From NCBI GenBank assembly GCA_963733375.1, contig CAVTDB010000004.1:1-18926 (forward strand): 18,926 bases of DNA, written 5' to 3'. Within the stretch, counting starts at the first letter, position 1, and every line of letters begins with the position of its first letter. Origin of the DNA: Nitrospirota bacterium (GTDB lineage: Bacteria; Nitrospirota; JACRHJ01). Below the pieces are notes generated by a model. The model made no database searches. It saw nothing but the letters and a program-made list of their open reading frames with translations, and was not told where the DNA came from. Below are positions 8,957 to 16,797 of this stretch, piece after piece. A program made the translations under genes and the position numbers.

Positions 8957-9733
8957 TCAATCGAAAAAAGGGAGGTCGCTGAAGAAGAAGAGCGATTTTT
9001 TCGGATGCACCGGCTCCGGCGGCAAGACCTGCTCATCCTTCAGTATCTTCTCCGGCACTGCCGTCACCATGGCCCGCGCGGCCCTTTCTCCCACCAGCTT
9101 CGCCACCTCTTTTACGGCCGTCGAAAGCACGGGCGGCCTTGGGCCGTTATCGTGGGCGTCGCTCGCTATCACGTGCACAAGCCTTCGCTCCAGCATGGAC
9201 AGAGAAAGCTTCCGGACGTCGTCTCCGAATATCCCCAGAAAGCTTCCGGCTGTCACCTGCATCAGCGCCCCCATGGAGACCAGTTCGTAAAGGCACTCCA
9301 CGTCCTTAAGCGCCCTCGGGTTCCTCTCCGGGTGCGCGATGAGCGGGACAAGACCCATCTCCCGCATGGAATGAATCGCCTCGTAAATTTTCTCTGAATC
9401 GAAAAGCGGCGGGAGTTCCGTAAGGACATACCTGGAAGCGTTTATGGTACAGTAAGAGCCGGATTTAAGTCCCGCCAGCGTCTCCTCGGACAGGCTGATT
9501 TCCGACGCGGGATACAGCTCGATTTCCACATCGTCCGCCCTGGCCTGAAGCTGGGCCGTCAGCTTTATGACCTTCTCTTTGGGATTGTCGTGACGGCCGG
9601 GTATGACGTGCGGGGTCATCGCGATGCCCTTTATCCCGTCGGCGGCGGCAATCTTAAGCATCTGGAGGGACTCTTCCATCTCGCGCGGACCGTCGTCCGC
9701 GCCAGGAAGGATATGAGCGTGTAAGTCGTACAC
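8957..9733 (-). CDS. CpsB/CapC-family PHP protein-tyrosine phosphatase
   Basis: GTG at 9733: YDLHAHILPGADDG, TPH, AHPERN, ASDAH. Confidence 0.92.
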   Translation of the reverse strand: MYDLHAHILPGADDGPREMEESLQMLKIAAADGIKGIAMTPHVIPGRHDNPKEKVIKLTAQLQARADDVEIELYPASEISLSEETLAGLKSGSYCTINASRYVLTELPPLFDSEKIYEAIHSMREMGLVPLIAHPERNPRALKDVECLYELVSMGALMQVTAGSFLGIFGDDVRKLSLSMLERRLVHVIASDAHDNGPRPPVLSTAVKEVAKLVGERAARAMVTAVPEKILKDEQVLPPEPVHPKKSLFFFSDLPFFD

Positions 9734-9740
9734 TTCTACC

Positions 9741-10999
9741 TTACGCCCTTGTCTTCGGTTTGGCTGATTTTTTAGGCTTTTTCGCCGCCTCGCCGAGGTT
9801 AAAAGCCTTGTGTAGCGCCCGCACGGCAAGCTCCGTATATTTGCCGTTTATGACGCAGGAGATTTTTATCTCGGAGGTGCTTATCATCATGATATTTATT
9901 CCCTCGTCCGCGAGCGCGGTGAACATAGCGGATGCGACGCCGGAATGCGAGCGCATACCCACGCCGACAATGGACACCTTGGAGATTTCGTCGTTCACGA
10001 TGACCTCTTCGCAGCCCGAGGCCTTCGCCGCGTCCTTTATCACGGGCAGGGCCTTCTTAAGGTCTGTCTTCGGCACGGTGAAAGAGATGTCCGTATAACC
10101 GTCCTTGCTGACGTTCTGGATTATCATATCGACAATGACTTTTGCGTCCGCGATGCTCCGGAACAGCTTCGAGGCCACGCCGGGTTTGTCCGGCACTCCG
10201 GAAAGCGTCACCTTCGCCTGGTTTTTATCGTATGCAACGCCGGAAACGACCACCTGTTCCATCGTCTTGTCCTCCTTCGTTACCAGAGTGCCCGGCGCGT
10301 CGTGAAAGCTCGAAAGCACCCTGACCGGCACGCTGTATTTTTTCGCGAACTCGACCGAGCGGGTCTGCAGCACCTTCGCGCCCAGGCTCGCCATTTCGAG
10401 CATCTCGTCGTATGAAATCTTGTCGAGCTTCCTCGCCTCAGGCACTATGTTCGGGTCCGTGGTATACACCCCGTCAACATCCGTATATATGTCGCAGAAA
10501 TCCGCCTTCAACGCCGCCGCCACCGCCACCGCCGTAGGTCCGAGCCGCCGCGTCCGAGCGTGCTTACGTCTTGCTCCTCGGTTATGCCCTGAAACCCCGC
10601 CACCACGGCGACTTTATTCTTGGATAGGGCGTCCCTGATCCTGCCGGCGTCTATGCTCTTTATCCTGGCCCTGGTATGCGCGTCGTCCGTGATGATCCCC
10701 GACTGCCTCCCGGTAAAAGACACGGCGTCCACGTTGAGGTCCTTCAACGCCATCGCGAGAAGGGCGATAGTAACCCGCTCGCCCGTGGAGAGCAGCATGT
10801 CCATCTCCCGCTCGTCCGGGTTGGACGAGACGCCGCCGGCCAGCACTATCAGTTTATCCGTCTTCCCGCTCATCGCGGATAGGACGACCACCACATCGTG
10901 TCCCTGCTTTTTGGTCTTCGCGACCCTCTTCGCCACGTTCTTGATCCTCTCGACGTTCCCCACGGAGGTCCCGCCGTACTTCTGCACTATCAGGCTCAA
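9741..10999 (-). CDS. lysC: Aspartate kinase (one frameshift at ~10535)
   Basis: GGAGG then TTG at 10999: [42 protein letters not shown], two ACT domains, STSEIKIS. Confidence 0.95.
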
Positions 11000-11009
11000 G
11001 TTGTCCTCC

Positions 11010-12206
11010 TCAAGGCACCAAAAGACGGTCGATGAGATCGACCCTTCCTCGATCACGAGTCCGGTCCCGGCGGCCGCCCGCTTCGTCATATTTAGAATTA
11101 TTTATTTTTCATCCTTCCCGGAATCCCATAACACGAACGGTACCGGGTCGCTTGTAGGTTTTTATCTTTATTGGCGTCGGGTGGTCGGGCATGGACAGCA
11201 CTCGGAAACCAGGCTTTCCCTTTACGGCTTAACACCGTCCCCACGACTTTTTCGTCGAAGTCCTCCACCGCCTGAATTTTATGCTGCAGGTTCCCGCTGT
11301 GCCCCGCTTCGTCCGGGGCCTCAACATGCACGTACACGAAATCAGCGGAGTCAAGTCGCGGAGAGCGCGGCCTGCGCCTTGCCTTTATAGTCCGTGTCGA
11401 TATAGCCGGTCGCGCCGGGGACTTCTATCCTTCATGCCAAGCGTCGCCGCTATCCCCTTCAGCAGGTCCACGGCGGAATGTCGCGCGGAATAGTATGCCG
11501 CTCCTTGAAGGCCGGGAGCGCGGGTTTTTTGCCCTGCCCCCAGAGCCATATCGAGTTCGCCCTGGACTTCCCCGCCACCAATCGCCTGCGGTTTACTTCA
11601 TGGCCGGAAATCGGGTCCACGGACGCCTTCATGATGCCCAGCAGGAAGTCCGCGCCCGGCCCGGAAGGCAGGTGGCCGTACGGGCTTTCCGGTTATGTCG
11701 TGCGGCGGAGTGCAGATCGCCCCGTCTTCGCCGCCCTTCCAGAGCATGAGGTGGCGGTAGCTCACGCCGGGGTGGAAACTTACGCCGCTACGTCCGAGCC
11801 TTTGTTCCAGTTCATGCACGAGGGCGCGCGCCTCTTCCGTGGAGATATGTCCGGCCGAGAAATCCTCCATCACCGAAGACTCGTATCCCTTTTCCAGCCC
11901 GGCGAGCGTAACCAGGTTGCACCGGTAAGCAACGTCGTCGGGCTCCAGCGGAAGTCCCATCGCGGCGGCCTCAAGCGGCGCGCGTCCGGTGTAATATTTT
12001 CGCGGGTCGTAGCCCAGGACGGAAAGGTTCGCAACGTCCAAACCCGGCGGTATTCCTTCCGGCACGGTCCTGGCAAGGCCCATCGTCCCGTGCGAGGCAA
12101 GGTAATCCAGATTTGGGGTCCTGGCATATTGAAGGACCGTCTTCCCGCCCAGTTCGCTAAGCGGTAGACCTGCCATTCCGTCGCCAAGCAGCACGAGGTA
12201 TTTCAC
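11010..12206 (-). CDS. apgM: Cofactor-independent phosphoglycerate mutase ApgM-like (proposed homoserine kinase family); many apparent frameshifts in ~11040-11690
   Basis: [31 protein letters not shown], then in shifting frames [43 protein letters not shown]; probable TGA at 11010 just before the lysC RBS. Confidence 0.88.
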
Positions 12207-12862
12207 TATTTCGCCCCCGCTTTGAGGAGCGCATTCGCAACTTCCTCATGTTTCTTCGCCTTCGCGAAGGCGAGCGCGGTATTGCCGAATTTATCCTTCG
12301 CGTTTACCTCCGCGCGGTGTTTTAGAAGCTCTTTGACCACGCCGTTCAAGTCGGCGGTAGCTGCTACCATCAGCGCTGTCGTGCCATCCTTACTCTTTAT
12401 ATTCGGGTTCGCCCCTTTTTCCAGCAGCAGTTTTACGATGTCCTCGTGCCCCATCGCCGCTGCGTATACAAGCGCGGTAACGCCGTCCTTCGCGCGGGCG
12501 TTCACGTCGGCGCCTTTGTCGATCAGCATATTGGCTATATCGGGATGGCCGTTAAAAGCCGCGGCCATAAGCGGCGTGTAGCCGTCGTTATTTTTCAGGT
12601 TCGGGTTCGCGCCGGCCTTAAGAAGCGTCTCTGCCGCGTCTTTTCCGCCTTCCGCCGCCGCGCGCAACAAGGGAGTATCCCCAGCAGTATCGCGCGCGTT
12701 CACGTCCACATGCCTCTTCACAAGCTCGCGTATGCCTGCCGCGTCCCCCGACTTCGCCGCATCGAAAAGGGACTTCTCCATCGGCCCTGCAAGGGCTGCG
12801 GCGGGGATAAAAATAGCCGCGAAAATAATAAGATATTTAAAGCAGGTTTGTGAATTCTTCAA
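12206..12862 (-). CDS. Ankyrin-repeat protein with predicted signal peptide
   Basis: N-terminus [18 protein letters not shown]; about 5-6 repeats of G-x-T-(P/A)-L-x-x-A...LL-x-x-GA-x-x-N. Confidence 0.92.
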   Translation of the reverse strand: MKNSQTCFKYLIIFAAIFIPAAALAGPMEKSLFDAAKSGDAAGIRELVKRHVDVNARDTAGDTPLLRAAAEGGKDAAETLLKAGANPNLKNNDGYTPLMAAAFNGHPDIANMLIDKGADVNARAKDGVTALVYAAAMGHEDIVKLLLEKGANPNIKSKDGTTALMVAATADLNGVVKELLKHRAEVNAKDKFGNTALAFAKAKKHEEVANALLKAGAK

Positions 12863-13067
12863 TATCTAACCCTATGGATTTTAAGATCGTGGCTACAACC
12901 TTTCGTTTCAAAATTTTCCCTGAATGCCTTGGCACTACCGCCCTTTTATTATCGGATGCCCTTTTATAAACTACATGGCTTCCTCTGGTATGACTCACTT
13001 CGAATCCTAGCTTCTTCAAAACCTTTTCCAGGTCCTTCGATCCGACCGCCGGAAAATGAGGCGTCAC
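12837..13067 (-). CDS. hicA: HicA-family mRNA interferase toxin (copy 2)
   Basis: LKKLGF, RGSH, VVPRH, TILKSIGL; GTGA overlap with the upstream hicB. Confidence 0.9.
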   Translation of the reverse strand: MTPHFPAVGSKDLEKVLKKLGFEVSHTRGSHVVYKRASDNKRAVVPRHSGKILKRKVVATILKSIGLDIEEFTNLL

Positions 13068-13291
13068 GCGGCAACTTGAACCGACTGTACTTTTACATCG
13101 ACATCGTCCGGTATTGGCTCGTTATCTTTTTTTAAACTTTCAATATATGCGGCTATCGCTTCCTTTATATTTTCGACCGCCTCTTCGTAAGTTTCCCCCT
13201 GCGATACGCAACCTTCAAGAGCGGGGCAGCTTGCAAAGTAGCCGCCTTCTTCAGTTGGCTCAATGATCACATTATATCTATAATTTTTCAT
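13064..13291 (-). CDS. hicB: Short HicB-family antitoxin without a DNA-binding domain (copy 2)
   Basis: EEGGYFASCPALEGCVSQGETYEEAVENIKEAI...EPIP; 75 aa; AGGAGGT RBS. Confidence 0.9.
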   Translation of the reverse strand: MKNYRYNVIIEPTEEGGYFASCPALEGCVSQGETYEEAVENIKEAIAAYIESLKKDNEPIPDDVDVKVQSVQVAA

Positions 13292-13297
13292 ATATTT

Positions 13298-13324
13298 ACC
13301 TCCTGCTAATATCCCAGCGCCTTC
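13298..13324 (-). repeat. Junction motif copy B (thrC 3' end / hicB RBS)
   Basis: GAAGGCGCTGGGATATTAGCAGGAGGT, near-identical to 16770-16797. Confidence 0.6.
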
Positions 13325-14361
13325 ACCACTTCTTCCATCGTACCCTTTATGGAAAGCGGCTTGGTGGATACCTTGATGGCCGTGTCCGGGTCCTTGAGGC
13401 CGTGGCCTGTCAGAGTGCAGACGATACGCGCTTCCCCTTTATAATAGCCCAGGTTATTCAGCTTTATAACGCCGGCGATGCTCGCGGCCGATGCGGGTTC
13501 GCAGAATATCCCCTCCGTCGCGGCGACCAGCTTGTACGCCTCCAATATCTCCTCGTCCGTGACCATGTCTATTACACCTCCGGACTCGTCGCGCGCGGCC
13601 TCGGCGGTCTTCCATGACGCGGGGTTCCCGATACGTATCGCCGTGGCAACCGTCTCCGGGTTCTCCACCGGATGCCCGAGGACTATCGGCGCCGCGCCCG
13701 CCGCCTGGAAACCGTTCATTATCGGGAGCGACTTTATTTTCCCGGCGTCTTTATATTTTTTGTACCCCTTCCAGTACGCGCTGATGTTCCCGGCGTTGCC
13801 GACCGGCAGGGCGTGGAAATCGGGTGGGCCGCCTATCGCGTCGCATATCTCATACGCCGCGGATGTCTGGCCTTCGATGCGGTACGGGTTGACGGAGTTC
13901 ACGAGCGTTATGGGATACTTATCCAATATCTCCCGCACGAGCTTCAGCGCCTCGTCGAAATTCCCCTCGATCTGGATCACCCGCGCGCCGTGCATCATGG
14001 CCTGGGCCAGTTTCCCGAGCGCGATCTTTCCTTCCGGGATAAGCACGAACGCCTTAATACCTGCCCGCGCGGAGTACGCGGCGGCGGCTGCGGACGTGTT
14101 CCCGGTGGACGCGCAGATGACGGCCCCGGAGCCTTCCTCCACCGCCTTGGATATCGCCATCGTCATGCCCCGGTTTTTGAAAGACCCGGTCGGGTTCGCG
14201 CCGTCGAACTTAAGGTAAATATCGAGCTTCGGGTTGATAAGCTTCGCAAGGTTCTTCGTCCTGACCAGCGGCGTGTTGCCTTCAAGTAAAGTCACCACCG
14301 GCGTTTTTGCCGTCACAGGGAGAAACTCCCGGTACTCTTCGATTATCCCCTTCCAGGCCAT
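13306..14361 (-). CDS. thrC: Threonine synthase
   Basis: EGNTPL, NPTGSFK(N)RG PLP lysine, CASTGNTSA, PVGNAGNI, ATAIRIGNP, EPASAA, LTGHGLKDPD. Confidence 0.97.
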   Translation of the reverse strand: MAWKGIIEEYREFLPVTAKTPVVTLLEGNTPLVRTKNLAKLINPKLDIYLKFDGANPTGSFKNRGMTMAISKAVEEGSGAVICASTGNTSAAAAAYSARAGIKAFVLIPEGKIALGKLAQAMMHGARVIQIEGNFDEALKLVREILDKYPITLVNSVNPYRIEGQTSAAYEICDAIGGPPDFHALPVGNAGNISAYWKGYKKYKDAGKIKSLPIMNGFQAAGAAPIVLGHPVENPETVATAIRIGNPASWKTAEAARDESGGVIDMVTDEEILEAYKLVAATEGIFCEPASAASIAGVIKLNNLGYYKGEARIVCTLTGHGLKDPDTAIKVSTKPLSIKGTMEEVVKALGY

Positions 14362-14363
14362 CT

Positions 14364-14591
14364 CTATGCCACCTTTTCGTAAGATATTATTTCTATTTCC
14401 GCCTTACTACCACGCGCGCCTTCCACCGTCTTTTCAATAATTTTGGCAACAGCGTTTGGAATAAATTCTTCTCCACACTGATTGCATATATCCGCTGGAA
14501 CATTTTTAATGATTAATAAAACGCCGTTCAGCATAACTGGAAAGGTGGTTATACCTTTTTCCAATTTTCCCCTGCATAAAGGACAGTTCAT
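14364..14591 (-). CDS. YgiT/MqsA-type zinc-finger protein (putative antitoxin, no HTH)
   Basis: ATG at 14591 overlaps the upstream TGA (ATGA): MNCPLC...IKNVPADICNQCGE. Confidence 0.88.
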   Translation of the reverse strand: MNCPLCRGKLEKGITTFPVMLNGVLLIIKNVPADICNQCGEEFIPNAVAKIIEKTVEGARGSKAEIEIISYEKVA

Positions 14592-14908
14592 ATTCCCCTC
14601 CTCGTCTTCCAATCACTATGCCATTCCGCGGGTGACGGAGTATACATTGTGATGATAAAGACCATACCATCATTTTCATTTAACGCGAGGACAACGTGCA
14701 AAGGCTTGTTGCCGCTATAACCCAATATCAGATGACTCGGAAATGGTTTATCATCTTTATAGGTTTCAATAATTTCACCCCCGCCAATAGCATCCAGAAC
14801 TTCTTGACTGCCGATACCTCTTTCAATCAACCGCTTAAGCGCGTGTTTCTTCCATTCAATTCTCTCGTCCTTAACTAATCTCTTAATATTATCTAAAAAG
14901 ATCGACAA
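14588..14908 (-). CDS. DUF4258-family protein (putative toxin)
   Basis: HALKRLIERGI, EIIETYKDDKPFPSHLILG, PLHVV, IITMYTP..EW; paired with the YgiT finger. Confidence 0.85.
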   Translation of the reverse strand: MSIFLDNIKRLVKDERIEWKKHALKRLIERGIGSQEVLDAIGGGEIIETYKDDKPFPSHLILGYSGNKPLHVVLALNENDGMVFIITMYTPSPAEWHSDWKTRRGI

Positions 14909-14910
14909 TC

Positions 14911-16221
14911 TTATTCCTCGCCCTCTACCCGTATCACTATCGTCTTCGCGGAAATTACTTCCAGTTCGTCTATTGTCGCGAGCGCTTTTCTGACGTTTCT
15001 CTCCACCGCCTCGTGCGTCATGACGACGATAGGCACCGCGCTCTCCTCATCCCGTCCGTGCTGGATTACCGAGGCTATGCTTATGTCGTGCTTGCCGAGT
15101 ATCCCGGAAATTTTCGAAAGCACGCCGGGGCGGTCCTGCGCCGTGAAGCGGAGGTAGTACCGGCACCGCACCTTATCGATGGGCATCACCTTCAGTTTTT
15201 TTCTGTTCTCCCTGCGGAAGGAGGCTACGGGCATCCTGCCGGGCTTCCCGTAGAGGATGTCCCTCGATATATCCATAACATCCGATACGACCGCGCTTGC
15301 CGTCGGCATGTCGCCCGCGCCCCGCCCGTAGAACATCGCCGGCCCGAGCGCGTCGCCCACCACATACACGGCATTGAAAACACCGTCCACCTTTGCGATC
15401 AGATAATCCTCCGGGAGCATCGTCGGATGCACCCGCGCCTCGACTTCTCCGCCTCTAAGCTTGGCTATCGCCAGGAGCTTGATCTTGAACCCCAGCTCGC
15501 GCGCGTAGTGGATATCCTCCGGCAATATGCGGGATATGCCCTCGGTATATATATCCGCGAAGTTTATGGGCGTGCCGTAGGCAATGTCGGCGAGTATCGC
15601 AAGCTTGTGCGCCGGGTTTATCCCCTCCACGTCGAAGGTCGGGTCCGCTTCGGCGTATCCTAAGCCCTGGGCCTCCTCGAGCACGTCGTCGAAATCCCGC
15701 CCCTCGTCCGTCATCTTCGTGAGGATGTAGTTCGACGTGCCGTTTATGATCCCGTAAATCGCTTCGATGTTGTTCGCGGCGATGCCCTGTTTTATCGCGC
15801 CGATAATCGGTATGCCGCCGCCGACCGAGGCCTCGTATCCGACCGGCACGCCCGCCTTATCCGCCGCGGAAAATATTTCCTCCCCGTGGATCGCAAGCAA
15901 GGCCTTGTTGGCCGTTACGACCGGCTTGCCATTGGCCAGGGCGGATAAAATAAACTCCTTCGCCGGTTTGTACCCGCCGATGAGTTCGATTACGATATCC
16001 ACGTCAGGATGGTCTATTACCTCGCGGGCGTCCTTCGTATAAATACTCTTTGACAGATTCAGCGCCTTCGCGCGGGAGGCGTCCAGGTCCGCCGCCTTGA
16101 CGAGCGTAACTTCGGCGCCCAGCCGCCGCGAGATGATTTCCGCGTTATCCCGGAGGAGGTTCACCACTCCGGAGCCGACCGTGCCGAGACCGATTAAACC
16201 CACGCCGATTTTAGATTTCAT
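14911..16221 (-). CDS. hom: Homoserine dehydrogenase with C-terminal ACT domain
   Basis: GLGTVG, VVTANKA, YEASVGGGIP, GIINGTSNYIL, GYAEADP, GRGAG, DRPGVL. Confidence 0.97.
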   Translation of the reverse strand: MKSKIGVGLIGLGTVGSGVVNLLRDNAEIISRRLGAEVTLVKAADLDASRAKALNLSKSIYTKDAREVIDHPDVDIVIELIGGYKPAKEFILSALANGKPVVTANKALLAIHGEEIFSAADKAGVPVGYEASVGGGIPIIGAIKQGIAANNIEAIYGIINGTSNYILTKMTDEGRDFDDVLEEAQGLGYAEADPTFDVEGINPAHKLAILADIAYGTPINFADIYTEGISRILPEDIHYARELGFKIKLLAIAKLRGGEVEARVHPTMLPEDYLIAKVDGVFNAVYVVGDALGPAMFYGRGAGDMPTASAVVSDVMDISRDILYGKPGRMPVASFRRENRKKLKVMPIDKVRCRYYLRFTAQDRPGVLSKISGILGKHDISIASVIQHGRDEESAVPIVVMTHEAVERNVRKALATIDELEVISAKTIVIRVEGEE

Positions 16222-16299
16222 CAACTCTCAGTATCTCTTTTCACTTTTATCAACTTTGCCCCAAGCCTCTCTATCTCGCCAGGATCAATTTTGTATGCA

Positions 16300-16524
16300 T
16301 CAAAGACTTGCGAACTCGTCCGTCGAAATTCCCGCCTGTTTCAGTATCGCCCTGAGCGTCCTTTCCGGCATATCTCCCGGATGGTTGGGGATAGTGGTGC
16401 GACGCCTTGTTTCCGGGTTCCACCAAATCTCATGGCTACCTTTGGCGCCGCGGTCAAACTCGAAACCTGCGCGCTTTAGCTTCCTCACCACATCGCTGTA
16501 TTTAAACCCGCTCAGTATGCCCAT
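16300..16524 (-). CDS. hicA: HicA-family mRNA interferase toxin (copy 1)
   Basis: LKRAGF, AKGSHEIW, TTIPNHPGD, TLRAILKQAGI; TGATG overlap with hicB. Confidence 0.92.
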   Translation of the reverse strand: MGILSGFKYSDVVRKLKRAGFEFDRGAKGSHEIWWNPETRRRTTIPNHPGDMPERTLRAILKQAGISTDEFASL

Positions 16525-16763
16525 CACATCCCGACAGCTATATCCAAATCGATTTCCCGGCCCGGCCTTACAAGACCTTCCGGCAAGGGGTCGCCGTGCT
16601 CCTGATAAGATTCTATGAGCTTTCTTGCTACGTCGTGTGCTATGTCCACCGTCTCAGCAATCGTCCTGCCCTGCGCCACCAACCCAGGAAGCGACGGGCT
16701 GGTAGCGACATACCCGCCCTCGTCGAGTTCCTCTACATGAAGTCTCAAAAATATTTCGGACAT
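16524..16763 (-). CDS. hicB: Short HicB-family antitoxin without a DNA-binding domain (copy 1)
   Basis: EGGYVATSPSLPGLVAQGRTIAE...GDPLP; 79 aa; GGAGGTG RBS. Confidence 0.9.
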   Translation of the reverse strand: MSEIFLRLHVEELDEGGYVATSPSLPGLVAQGRTIAETVDIAHDVARKLIESYQEHGDPLPEGLVRPGREIDLDIAVGM

Positions 16764-16769
16764 GGCAAC

Positions 16770-16797
16770 ACCTCCGTCCTATTATCCCAGCACCTTC
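16770..16797 (-). repeat. Junction motif copy A (aminotransferase 3' end / hicB RBS)
   Basis: GAAGGTGCTGGGATAATAGGACGGAGGT, near-identical to 13298-13324. Confidence 0.6.

Noticed and set aside
11000-11089. N-terminal extension of LysC in the ORF track (start 11089)
   Set aside because: This segment is the frameshifted apgM C-terminus; the RBS supports TTG at 10999.
1-12206. Programmed frameshifting or genome decay
   Set aside because: No consistent slippery motif, breaks hit essential genes such as ftsY, and flanking sequence remains conserved; sequencing error is simpler.
12206-12780. ~99-nt periodicity
   Set aside because: Explained by 33-aa ankyrin repeats.
12837-16797. Classical integron cassette array
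   Set aside because: No intI, no attC-like palindromes, and spacers too short to hold them.
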